Sequence record: DRR723986_23489
Direction: 5' to 3' (one strand)
Length of the DNA stretch: 60,471 nt
Of the stretch, positions 19,484 to 28,943 are shown piece after piece. The notes below the pieces were generated by a model. The model was not told the DNA's origin and did not search any database. It saw only the letters and a list, made by a program, of their open reading frames with translations. Each line of letters opens with the position of its first letter. Positions within the stretch are counted from its first letter, which is position 1. The translations under genes and the position numbers were made by a program.

Positions 19484-20533
19484 TTAATACTTGAAGCAAG
19501 GGATAATTCGATCTCTTAGATTTCTGCTCTTAGAATCTCCCCATAAAAATGAATAAGTAAGGGAAATCTCATGTGCACCACCACTATTTCTAAGACCTAA
19601 TTTTGATATGGTTACATCATAGGAGTAACCAATATCAAGCCCATTTTCGAGAGAAACACCGACTAAGCCAATGAAAGCTTCATTATTAGGAAGGTTATTT
19701 TTTGTGGGGATTCCGCGATACCAAATCCCAAGGACTAGCGGCTCTAGAAAAAATTGTGCTCCGATGTCTAATTGATTGAAAGGGTCTTGTTGTTTGTAGT
19801 TGAAAGCAAAGGATACAGATCGCTCTGAAAAAGAATGGGTGAAGTAATTTCTTCTACCTCCACCAAGGTCAAACTTAATTCCACCTTGTGCAGATAGTTT
19901 CATAGGCAGTTTTGAAATTTGACCTTCTACGAAAGATGTATTTGGCTCCGAAAGATGATGAGCTGAAGCTCCGAGCCAGATCCTCTTAGAATAAAACATG
20001 CCTCCAATGCTGTAATCCAGAAAACTGTAGCGACTATCGATAGGAATTCCATTGAGTTCATCCGTGATTCCGCCAACCGTTCCATTGATGATATCAATCT
20101 GAGATCCAAATACCAAGTCTGAGAAGAATGCATCTCGTTGCATATAACTGACCATACCTCCGACTCTGAAAAATGTATTTTCACTCAATTGCAATCGATA
20201 TGCGTAAGAAAGACCGATTTCATTTGTGGATAGGTTTGCCAAGCTTTCTTGGCTTCCATTAAATATTAATCCAATACCACTATTATAGTCAAATATATAA
20301 TGATCAATATAAGCTGAATAGGAGTTGAAATTTTGGTCTAAGCCTGGCCACTGGTTACGGTAGTTTACCCCTATACGGGTAAGTTCACTGGCTCCAGTTA
20401 AAGCAGGATTTAAGTATAAAGGTGCAGCGTAGAATTGAGAGTACTGGGTATCTTGAGCTATTACATCGGACAAAATGCAACAAATAGCCCCTATAGTAAT
20501 AAATACACCGAATATCCTCCTGAACATAGACAA
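19484..20533 (-). CDS. PorP/SprF-family T9SS outer-membrane beta-barrel (paralog)
   Basis: AQDTQYSQFYAAPLYLNPA, NYRNQWPG and GGAHEISL. C-terminal PCFKY is shared with 16002..17027. Confidence 0.92.
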   Translation of the reverse strand: MSMFRRIFGVFITIGAICCILSDVIAQDTQYSQFYAAPLYLNPALTGASELTRIGVNYRNQWPGLDQNFNSYSAYIDHYIFDYNSGIGLIFNGSQESLANLSTNEIGLSYAYRLQLSENTFFRVGGMVSYMQRDAFFSDLVFGSQIDIINGTVGGITDELNGIPIDSRYSFLDYSIGGMFYSKRIWLGASAHHLSEPNTSFVEGQISKLPMKLSAQGGIKFDLGGGRRNYFTHSFSERSVSFAFNYKQQDPFNQLDIGAQFFLEPLVLGIWYRGIPTKNNLPNNEAFIGLVGVSLENGLDIGYSYDVTISKLGLRNSGGAHEISLTYSFLWGDSKSRNLRDRIIPCFKY

Positions 20534-20751
20534 TTACGCCTTTACCAGACAAATTTATGCATTTGTTAACTGGCAAGGGTTATATTATTATGAATTAACG
20601 ACTTGAAACACCTAGGGCTTATGATTGGGGCTCAATCAAATGAGTTTCAAAGCATTGTTTTTGAAGCACTACCAATTTGTAGCGCATTCGAATTAATGCT
20701 ACCGCTGTTCAATAATTATACCAAAGGGTAAGAGAATTATGATAGGTGGAA

Positions 20752-21984
20752 TTAAATGTCTATTTCGACCTGATTTCTTATCAAATCTTCAAATAATTCT
20801 CGGTTTCTAATCAATTGCGCTTTTCCTCCCCAAACCAATACCTCAGCAGGTCGAAGTCTGGAATTGTAATTAGAGGCCATACTGATTCCATATGCCCCAG
20901 CATTTTTAAATACTAACAGATCCCCTTTGCTGACTTTTGCAAGCATACGATCTTTTGCCAGCGTATCTGTTTCACAGATGTAACCAACTACATTATATGG
21001 ATTCAATTCTCCCTCAGGATTGCTGAGATTATATACATCATGAAATGCGTCGTACATCATTGGTCTGATGAGATGATTCAGACCCGAATCTACTCCTACA
21101 AATGTGATTTGAGGCGTCTTTTTCACGACATTGGATTCTACCACCAGATAGCCAGATTCACTAACTAGGAATTTCCCAGGCTCTAACCAAAGCTCCAGTT
21201 TTCTACCGTATTTCTCGCAAAAAGTATTGAATGCCTTGGATACTTTAGTGCCAACTTCGGCCATATCAGTGGATGGGTCGCCATCTTTATAGGCAACTTT
21301 AAATCCTCCCCCAAAATCCAGGAATGAGAGATTTGGAAAATTCATAGCGGCCTCAAAAAGCACATTTCCACCTCTCAAAAAGATCTCAGCATCAAGTATA
21401 TCAGATCCTGTATGGATATGAAGCCCCACGATTTTGATATTGTATTGCTTCACTACCTCTAGGATCTCGGGAAGCTGATGAATTGATATCCCAAATTTAC
21501 TTTGAATATGGCCTACAGAAATTTTCGCATTTCCACCAGCCATAATATGAGGATTAATACGAATGCAAGCTGGCTTTGTATTTCCATAGACTGCACCAAA
21601 CTCCTCCATTAGTGGAATGCTGTCAAGATTGATCATTATTCCCAATTCCACCGCTTCTTGTACCTCTCGAAAGTTAACTCCACTAGGCGTATACATGATT
21701 TCAGAAGCAGAAAACCCTGCCAACATACAAATCTTCGCTTCTTCGATAGAAACGGCATCGACGCCTCCTCCAGCTTTTTTCACCAATTTCAAAATACTTA
21801 TATTGGATAAAGCTTTAGTAGCATATTTAATCTTTAGAGGAACTGAGGCAAAGGCAGTCTGTAGAGATTTGATTTGACTTACGATCTTTTCTCCATCATA
21901 TATATATACTGGCGTACCAAATTCTTTAGCAATCGATTCTATGCTTATTCCTTGAAGCTGAGTAGGATGTTGAGGTGCTGACAT
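20752..21984 (-). CDS. lysA: Diaminopimelate decarboxylase; probable start 21984
   Basis: YATKA PLP lysine, SKFG, HIHTGS, DFGGG, EPGK, ICETD and GAYG..MASNYN. A -7 box TATCTTTG at 22002-22009 supports the shorter start. Confidence 0.95.
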   Translation of the reverse strand: MSAPQHPTQLQGISIESIAKEFGTPVYIYDGEKIVSQIKSLQTAFASVPLKIKYATKALSNISILKLVKKAGGGVDAVSIEEAKICMLAGFSASEIMYTPSGVNFREVQEAVELGIMINLDSIPLMEEFGAVYGNTKPACIRINPHIMAGGNAKISVGHIQSKFGISIHQLPEILEVVKQYNIKIVGLHIHTGSDILDAEIFLRGGNVLFEAAMNFPNLSFLDFGGGFKVAYKDGDPSTDMAEVGTKVSKAFNTFCEKYGRKLELWLEPGKFLVSESGYLVVESNVVKKTPQITFVGVDSGLNHLIRPMMYDAFHDVYNLSNPEGELNPYNVVGYICETDTLAKDRMLAKVSKGDLLVFKNAGAYGISMASNYNSRLRPAEVLVWGGKAQLIRNRELFEDLIRNQVEIDI

Positions 21985-22183
21985 TGTCTGAAATTTGCGG
22001 GCAAAGATAGCCAAATAACAAAAAAAGGAGGCATTTGCCCCCTATTTTCATTAGTTATAGTGTAATTAAGAAAATTTTATTTCCGAGTTTAAATATAGAT
22101 GAAGGAGGTCAAATTAACCTCTTTCCACCCAGTTTGAAGCGGTTAAATATTGTTAAGCTCTCTACTTGGCCTGATTATAGGAT

Positions 22184-22191
22184 TAAATTTG
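22184..22191 (+). promoter_or_regulatory. -7 element TAAATTTG immediately before the kinase ATG
   Basis: TAnnTTTG match ending 4 nt before the ATG at 22196. Confidence 0.5.
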
Positions 22192-22195
22192 TACA

Positions 22196-23920
22196 ATGTC
22201 GAAGAGTAATATTATCCTTATCGTTGTTTTGATGTCCCTAGCCAGCTTTGGTTTGATGGGCTTTCAATTCTATTGGGTGAAGAATGCTATTCGCATTAAT
22301 AGAGAGCGATTTGATCAAAATGTGTATCAGGCACTTTCCTCCACTGTAGATGAGTTGGAGAAAGGAGAGACATCAGCTGCTTTTTATGGCTATATGATGC
22401 AGGATTCAATTATTAGTAGGTCACTTTTTGAAAAAATTGATCCGATTGATTTTGATCTTACTGTGAGCTCAAGAAGAATAACTAGGCCAAGACCTTCATT
22501 GGTAGATTCCTTTTTTCAAGAGCCGGCTCCGCGAGTGAGTCAGACTTTCAAAAGAATCCTAGAATCTCAAGGAGTTGACATGAATCAACTTGAAGAGCTA
22601 GAAGCGTTTTTTGCCTACATGACTCCAGAATTAGCCTCTAAAATGTTTACTCCGGATGAAATGGAGGTATTGCTCAAAGAGAAAGAGCGGCAATTTCAAT
22701 ATTTAAGTCGAATAGAGACCTCTACAAAGAAATCTGTGCCTTCTCAAATTGAACAAGTGGTGGAGATGCGTCCAGAGTTCAACATCAGTTCAGATGCTTT
22801 GGAAAAGGTATATAGGACAAACATAAAGATTGATTTTATTAATAAATATGTTGATGAAATAGGGGCTGGACAAAAAGCAATTTTGGACAGAATGGACACA
22901 GCGAATGTTCGAAGAATTCTGAAGGGCTTTTTGTTGGAAAGAAATATTACCGAAGATTTTGAACTAGCGCTACTTAAGGATGACCGGTCTTTATTGCCAA
23001 TTGGGCCTGTTAAACAGCAATTTGTATTAGTCCAACAAGGGATTCAAGCGCGATTATTCCCAAATGACATCTTTGGCAAGGCAAATTTCTTAACTGTCTA
23101 TTTTCCTGAAAAAAATGCTCATGTGATTCGTGAAGTTTGGTTGCCTTTATCTAGTTCTATCTTATTTATTATCGTTATTATTTCTTGTTTCATATATGCC
23201 ATCAAGGTGATTATCCGTCAAAAAGCCCTCTCGGATACGAAAAATGATTTCATTAATAACATGACTCATGAATTCAAGACTCCTTTGGCCACGGTGAGCC
23301 TGGCTGTGGAGGCGCTTCAAGATCCAGAACTCTCCAGTCAGGATAAATTCCGGACAAGGTATTTGGGCATAATTAAGGATGAAAATAAGCGCTTGGTGTC
23401 TCAGGTAGAAAACGTTCTTCAGGCGGCTGCGTTGGATAAGAAGGATTTCAAATTGAAAATAGAATCTCTAAATCTGGCAGAAATTTTAGAAACTACTGTT
23501 GACCATTTTGGCCTGCAAGTCGAAAAGAAGGGTGGACAGATCACCTTTATAAATGAGCTAACTGAACCTATGGTTCAAGGAGATTTATTTCACCTTACCC
23601 ATATTTTCAATAATCTATTGGATAATGCAAACAAGTATTCTCCTGACTCTCCGTTTATAACGATTGTAGCAAAAGATAATTCGGAAGAGGTCTTCATTAC
23701 CATCAAAGACGAAGGAATTGGGATGAATAAAGATGCGCAAAGGAAAATTTTTGATAAATTCTATCGTGTTCCTACAGGAAATGTTCACGATGTCAAAGGT
23801 TTCGGCCTAGGGCTTTCTTACGTAAAGGCCATGTTGGAGGCACATAAAGGAGGAATTCAAGTAAGTAGCGAACTTGGAAAAGGAAGCTCATTCACCATTA
23901 ACATACCAAAGAAACAATGA
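22196..23920 (+). CDS. rprX: Membrane sensor histidine kinase (RprX-like)
   Basis: Two TM segments, H-box NNMTHEFKTP, NLLDNANKY, DEGIG, and FYRVPTGNVHDVKGFGLGL. Confidence 0.8.
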   Translation: MSKSNIILIVVLMSLASFGLMGFQFYWVKNAIRINRERFDQNVYQALSSTVDELEKGETSAAFYGYMMQDSIISRSLFEKIDPIDFDLTVSSRRITRPRPSLVDSFFQEPAPRVSQTFKRILESQGVDMNQLEELEAFFAYMTPELASKMFTPDEMEVLLKEKERQFQYLSRIETSTKKSVPSQIEQVVEMRPEFNISSDALEKVYRTNIKIDFINKYVDEIGAGQKAILDRMDTANVRRILKGFLLERNITEDFELALLKDDRSLLPIGPVKQQFVLVQQGIQARLFPNDIFGKANFLTVYFPEKNAHVIREVWLPLSSSILFIIVIISCFIYAIKVIIRQKALSDTKNDFINNMTHEFKTPLATVSLAVEALQDPELSSQDKFRTRYLGIIKDENKRLVSQVENVLQAAALDKKDFKLKIESLNLAEILETTVDHFGLQVEKKGGQITFINELTEPMVQGDLFHLTHIFNNLLDNANKYSPDSPFITIVAKDNSEEVFITIKDEGIGMNKDAQRKIFDKFYRVPTGNVHDVKGFGLGLSYVKAMLEAHKGGIQVSSELGKGSSFTINIPKKQ

Positions 23921-24612
23921 GTAAAGCAAAATTATTAGTGGTCGAGGACGATCCAAATTTGGGAGATATCCTGCAGGAATATTTGGAAATGAAAGGGTAT
24001 GAACCTACGCTTTGCCGTGATGGTGAAGAGGGTTGGAATAAATTCAAGAAGGGGAAATTTGATCTTTGTCTTCTGGATATTATGATGCCGAAAAAAGATG
24101 GGTTTACCCTAGCTAAAGAGATTAAAAAAGTGGAGGAAAACTTACCGATACTTTTCCTCACGGCAAAAAACCAAAAGGATGACATTATCGAAGGCCTTAA
24201 AATTGGCGCGGATGATTACATCACTAAGCCATTTAGCATGGAGGAATTACTACTTCGTGTCAATGCGATCTTGAAGCGAACTCATAAAAGTGAAGATATC
24301 AATCCGCTGAAAGTATATACTTTCGGAGGTTTCACACTGCATTACGATGAGCAATTCTTAGATGGACCAAAAGGCCGTCACAAGTTGACTTCGAAGGAAA
24401 ATGAGCTTATTCGCCTACTTGCTTCCGAAATCAACAATCTGGTAAACAGAAGTCATGCTCTGAAACAAATCTGGGGAGACGATAGCTACTTCAATGCGAG
24501 AAGTATGGATGTGTATCTAAGCAAAATCCGTAAGCTTCTGAAAGATGATCCTAAAGTGCAGATCATTACCGTTCACGGAGAAGGCTTTAAGCTGATCGTC
24601 AGCGAAGGATAA
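23917..24612 (+). CDS. rprY: OmpR-family response regulator (RprY-like)
   Basis: VEDD, LDIMMP and GADDYITKPF, plus wHTH IWGDDSYFNARSMDVY. ATGA overlap with the kinase. Confidence 0.85.
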   Translation: MSKAKLLVVEDDPNLGDILQEYLEMKGYEPTLCRDGEEGWNKFKKGKFDLCLLDIMMPKKDGFTLAKEIKKVEENLPILFLTAKNQKDDIIEGLKIGADDYITKPFSMEELLLRVNAILKRTHKSEDINPLKVYTFGGFTLHYDEQFLDGPKGRHKLTSKENELIRLLASEINNLVNRSHALKQIWGDDSYFNARSMDVYLSKIRKLLKDDPKVQIITVHGEGFKLIVSEG

Positions 24613-24688
24613 TGGATTGCCAGAAGTTGGGTGTCCGATGTCGGATGTTTTTACAATGGTGACTTTCCGAAAACAATACTAAAAGTAG

Positions 24689-24723
24689 AAAGCCAGAGTG
24701 ATTTAAGATCGCTCTGGCTTTTT
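24689..24723. terminator. Terminator hairpin after the response regulator
   Basis: aaagccagagtgat-ttaag-atcgctctggcttt, followed by T residues. Confidence 0.75.
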
Positions 24724-24781
24724 GTTGTAGGGAAATCTATTCCTTTTTTATCTAGAATCTTGGCTCTATTATTTAACTGCT

Positions 24782-24836
24782 AGATTGCTTCGTTGTACCC
24801 CCGATTCTCCAATCGGGTCTTCTCCTCTCAATGACG
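24782..24836. repeat. Degenerate REP/MITE-like element of the AGATTGCTTCG...CGCAATGAC type
   Basis: agattgcttcgt...cctctcaatgacg with internal hairpin cccgatt-ctcc-aatcggg, between convergent genes. Confidence 0.5.
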
Positions 24837-24886
24837 ATCTAATCTTAACTCTCTTATCTTGATACTAACGTCTAGCTACTTGATAC

Positions 24887-25900
24887 TTAAAAAATCATTT
24901 CAGCTCCAATTCCATTTCCTTCAGGGAAAGTGACTTTTTCTGGCGTGATGATTACTCCTTTCGCAGGATCTTTGGATAGTAGCATTGCTCCATCCATATC
25001 TACATAATCCAGCAGCGGAGCAATGTGCGCAATGGCTGTAATTCCCACAGAGGATTCAGTCATGCAACCTACCATAGTTTTCATTCCAAGTTTCTTCGCC
25101 TCGTGGATCATGCGTAATCCCGGGGTTATTCCTCCGGCTTTTACCAGCTTCACATTGATTCCATGAAAAAGTCCATGGCATTTTTTAACATCGGATTCTA
25201 CGATGCAGCTCTCATCTGCAATCACTGGTAATTTACTGTGCTTGTAAACCTCTTTCATTCCCTCCAGATCATCTTTGCCAAGAGGTTGCTCCATAAATTC
25301 CACGCCCAATTTTTTCAATTCACCAGAATAATTGATAGCCTGATCTGCAGTCCAAGCACAGTTCGCATCAATTCTGAAAATTGCATCTGTATGCTTCCGG
25401 AGTTCACGGATAATTGCCAAATCATCAGAAGTTCCCAATTTGATTTTGTAAATGGGCCAGTGAACTTCCTTCATTTTTGTCACCATCTTCTCTACCGTAT
25501 CGATTCCAATTGTAAAGTTGGTAAGTGGAATTCCAGCAGGATTTAGATCTAAGAGTTCATAAAGTTTCTTTCCAAATTTCTTGGCATAGATATCCCAAGC
25601 TGCCATATCTAAGGCACATTGAGCAAAAGGGTTCTCTTTAAAAATTTCTTTCCCTAAATCCCAAAGTTCAGCGGGAGTTTTCCACTCAGCTTTTTCTACT
25701 ATAGGTCTGAATCTCTCCAAGCATTCCATCATATTAGAGATAGTCATGCCATAGAATGGATTTGTAGTTGACTCACCTAAACCGAAAAATGCACCATCTT
25801 GCAGTTTTACAATTAAGGTATCTTGTACATCCCTGCTTTGATGTGCGATGGTAAATGTGTGCTTGAGAGGAAGATCGACTACTTGAAAAGATAAGTTCAT
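24887..25900 (-). CDS. L-Ala-D/L-Glu dipeptide epimerase (enolase superfamily)
   Basis: YKIKLG (KxK), IDANC, EQP, ADES, NVKLVK, GCMTES and DMDG. Confidence 0.9.
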   Translation of the reverse strand: MNLSFQVVDLPLKHTFTIAHQSRDVQDTLIVKLQDGAFFGLGESTTNPFYGMTISNMMECLERFRPIVEKAEWKTPAELWDLGKEIFKENPFAQCALDMAAWDIYAKKFGKKLYELLDLNPAGIPLTNFTIGIDTVEKMVTKMKEVHWPIYKIKLGTSDDLAIIRELRKHTDAIFRIDANCAWTADQAINYSGELKKLGVEFMEQPLGKDDLEGMKEVYKHSKLPVIADESCIVESDVKKCHGLFHGINVKLVKAGGITPGLRMIHEAKKLGMKTMVGCMTESSVGITAIAHIAPLLDYVDMDGAMLLSKDPAKGVIITPEKVTFPEGNGIGAEMIF

Positions 25901-25993
25901 TTCGAGAAATATTCTATTTGGAGCAAAATTAACCTGTTTTTTGCTTGAATGGTAGGTAGATTTATATTTTATTCAAGGTAAATAGAAAATACT

Positions 25994-27475
25994 ATGAAAG
26001 TCAATTCTAAATTATCAATCAGCTTCTTTTTGCTGTTTTTGGTTTTAATACTTAGTTGTAAAACGGCAAAGATGCCAGTTTCTTCAGCAAGCAATGTCTC
26101 TACATTGGAATCTGCCTTTTCCAAATTCAAGGAACCTGCTATCACGCATAGGAGATTCAAGCATGCAGATCTACAGCCACTCATCCAAAAGCACTCAGGA
26201 GCTTTTGAAATCACAAAATTGGGAGAATCAGTAGAAGGTAGAAGTATTTCCAGCTTGGATTGGGGAGATGGAAAAACCAAAGTAATGCTTTGGTCTCAAA
26301 TGCACGGAAATGAAAGTACTGCGACGATGGCTCTGTTCGATTTGTTCAATTTTCTTGAAGGCAATGGAGATGAATTTGACGATTTGCGTACTCTTCTAAA
26401 ATCACAGCTGGATCTTAAATTTATCCCTATGATTAATCCCGATGGGGCGGAACAATTCAAACGAAGAAATGCGATTGATATAGATTTGAATCGAGATGCA
26501 ATATCTCAGATTTCTCCTGAGGCTATCATCCTGAAAGGTGCGCGAGATGATTTTGAGCCCGAGTTTGGTTTCAATTTACATGATCAACAAACCTATTATA
26601 ATGCCTCTGGAACTCCAAAGCAGGCCACAATTTCAGTTTTGGCGCCAGCATATAATTATGACACGGACGTGAATGCAGTAAGGACTCGAGCTATGCAAAC
26701 TATCGTAGGCATGAATGAGATTTTGCAAGAAGTAGTGCCTGGTCACGTGGGAAAATACGACGATGCATTTGAGCCGAGAGCTTTTGGTGACAACATCACC
26801 AAGTGGGGAACTAGCACGATTTTGATCGAGTCTGGAGGATACCCGAATGATCCGGATAAGCAATATATCCGCCAGCTGAATTTTATGATTATTCTTAATG
26901 CCTTGGAGCAAATTGCCACCAAAAGCTATGAGCAATACACTATTGAGGAATATTTTGCTATTCCTGATAATGACCTGCAGTTGGTTGACTTGCTACTTAA
27001 TGAAGTTCAGGTGCCAGTAAATGGCAAATACTTTCCAGTCGATCTGGGAATCAGAAGAAGAGATATTACAGCTGGGGAAACCTATTACATGTCTGCTTCA
27101 GTGGATGATTTAGGTGACCTGCAGGTGTATTTTGGATTAGAGGAATTTGATGCTTCTGGGCTGAAATATGCAGAAGGGAAAGCCTATGCAAGTGAATTTG
27201 AGTCCGTCAGCATGCTTGATGAAGCAAAAGCTATAGAGCTTTTGAAGCAAGGGTATTTGGCAGTAAAAGTGAAAAATGGAGCTAAAGGCGATTTGCATAA
27301 TCTTCCCATCTTGGTGTTGAAAAGTACAGAAACCTTTTCTTCTGGCTGGAGAACCGGGGAAGGGACAAATTTCTTTTTGGAGAAAGATGGAGTGAGAAAA
27401 TATGCAGTAGTTAATGGATATCTGATTGATCTGGAACATCCAAAAGATCAGGAATTTAAGCAGAGAATTTATTAA
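25994..27475 (+). CDS. M14 zinc carboxypeptidase lipoprotein
   Basis: Lipobox LILSC, QMHGNE (HxxE), NPDG, RRNAIDIDLNRD, NLHDQ and LIESG. Confidence 0.88.
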   Translation: MKVNSKLSISFFLLFLVLILSCKTAKMPVSSASNVSTLESAFSKFKEPAITHRRFKHADLQPLIQKHSGAFEITKLGESVEGRSISSLDWGDGKTKVMLWSQMHGNESTATMALFDLFNFLEGNGDEFDDLRTLLKSQLDLKFIPMINPDGAEQFKRRNAIDIDLNRDAISQISPEAIILKGARDDFEPEFGFNLHDQQTYYNASGTPKQATISVLAPAYNYDTDVNAVRTRAMQTIVGMNEILQEVVPGHVGKYDDAFEPRAFGDNITKWGTSTILIESGGYPNDPDKQYIRQLNFMIILNALEQIATKSYEQYTIEEYFAIPDNDLQLVDLLLNEVQVPVNGKYFPVDLGIRRRDITAGETYYMSASVDDLGDLQVYFGLEEFDASGLKYAEGKAYASEFESVSMLDEAKAIELLKQGYLAVKVKNGAKGDLHNLPILVLKSTETFSSGWRTGEGTNFFLEKDGVRKYAVVNGYLIDLEHPKDQEFKQRIY

Positions 27476-27501
27476 AGGTTAATATTTCAAAATGTTTAAT
27501 T

Positions 27502-27527
27502 TAATCCGCCACTTGGCGGGTTATTTG
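27502..27527 (+). terminator. Terminator hairpin
   Basis: taatccgcca-ct-tggcgggtta followed by T residues. Confidence 0.55.
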
Positions 27528-27558
27528 TTATTAGCCATATAAATAATTTTTAGAATCC

Positions 27559-28290
27559 ATGAAAAATAATGTATCAGCCATTCTATTTGCAGTAGCGATC
27601 GTAATTGCTTCGATTGTTTTGGGAAATGCAGTAATCAACCGAAACCGACCTCAAGGCACTATCAATGTCACTGGCTTGGGAGAGAGTAATTTTACCTCTG
27701 ACCTAGTGGTGTGGGAAGGTAATTTTAGCCGCGAAAGCTCTGATTTGAAATCTGCCTATGCTGATTTGGAGAAAGACAGAAAGCTAGTTTCGGACTATTT
27801 GATTTCAAAAGGAATTCCTGCTGAGAAGTTGATTTTCAACGCGGTTAATACCAACCCAAACTATGACCAAAATTATTCAAATGATGGCCGATATTTGGGA
27901 CAAACCTTCAAAGGTTATACTCTTAGTCAATCCTTGAAAATCGAATCTACAGAAGTGGAAAAAGTTGAAAAGATTTCGCGAGAGATCACAGAACTGCTCA
28001 ACCAAGGAATTGCTTTTTACTCCCAGTCTCCACGCTACTACTATACTGAGCTGGAATCACTGAAATTGGAAATGATTGCTAAAGCTACAGAAGATGCAAC
28101 CATCCGTGCTGAGCGAATCGCCGAAAATTCCAAAGGGGATCTCGGCGATCTGATCTCAGCCAATATGGGAATCTTTCAGATCACAGGTCAAAACTCAGGG
28201 GAAGACTATTCTTGGGGTGGCACATTTAATACAGCGGATAAAAACAAAACGGCTTCGATTACGATGAAGTTGATTTTTGAGGTCGATTAA
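27559..28290 (+). CDS. SIMPL (DUF541) domain protein
   Basis: N-terminal anchor, INVTGLGE, LKLEMIAKATEDA..RAERIA and GIFQITG. Confidence 0.85.
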   Translation: MKNNVSAILFAVAIVIASIVLGNAVINRNRPQGTINVTGLGESNFTSDLVVWEGNFSRESSDLKSAYADLEKDRKLVSDYLISKGIPAEKLIFNAVNTNPNYDQNYSNDGRYLGQTFKGYTLSQSLKIESTEVEKVEKISREITELLNQGIAFYSQSPRYYYTELESLKLEMIAKATEDATIRAERIAENSKGDLGDLISANMGIFQITGQNSGEDYSWGGTFNTADKNKTASITMKLIFEVD

Positions 28291-28307
28291 AAGACGTCTT
28301 CAAACAA

Positions 28308-28853
28308 TTGCTACCCTTTGTGCTTTTACATGATGTGAAAGCTTTAATCCTATTATCCCTTATGTCTTCATTTAATGTCCTCTATCAGTTTGACAAAAAC
28401 TCACCTAGTTCAGATTGGAGAATTGTTGATGATGTAGTAATGGGAGGGAGATCATCTGGTGATTTCCATATCAATGAATCTGGCAATGGTGTATTTGAAG
28501 GGGTTGTGTCCTTAGCAAATAATGGAGGGTTTTCCTCTGTCAGATATAGGGAAACTTTTCAAATTCAGTCCCACACGACGATTAAAATCCATTTAAAAGG
28601 GGATGGTAGCCCATATCAATTTCGAGTAAAGGCATCTGTTTCTGATCGCCATTCCTATATCTCTCAATTTGAAACAAGCGGAGAATGGGAAACCATAGAA
28701 ATCGATCTAGTCGATATGTACCCTGCATTTCGAGGGCGTAAACTTTCAATTCCTAACTTTGACAAAGAGCAGATTGAGGAATTGGCATTTTTGATTGGGA
28801 ATAATAAAGAACAGAAATTTCACCTGGAATTAAAGTCTATTGAGCTAATTTAA
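28308..28853 (+). CDS. CIA30-family protein; start uncertain
   Basis: WRIVDDVVMGGRS, NNGGFSSVR, KGDG and PAFRGR. Confidence 0.88.
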   Translation: MLPFVLLHDVKALILLSLMSSFNVLYQFDKNSPSSDWRIVDDVVMGGRSSGDFHINESGNGVFEGVVSLANNGGFSSVRYRETFQIQSHTTIKIHLKGDGSPYQFRVKASVSDRHSYISQFETSGEWETIEIDLVDMYPAFRGRKLSIPNFDKEQIEELAFLIGNNKEQKFHLELKSIELI

Positions 28854-28918
28854 GACTAGTATTTTCAAGTAATAGTCAGGCAATTAGGATAAATAAATCA
28901 CCATTCCGCCTAGGCAGT

Positions 28919-28926
28919 TATCTTTG
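28919..28926 (+). promoter_or_regulatory. -7 element for rlmF
   Basis: TATCTTTG, 17 nt before the GTG start. Confidence 0.6.
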
Positions 28927-28943
28927 TGCTAGATTGAATTGAT

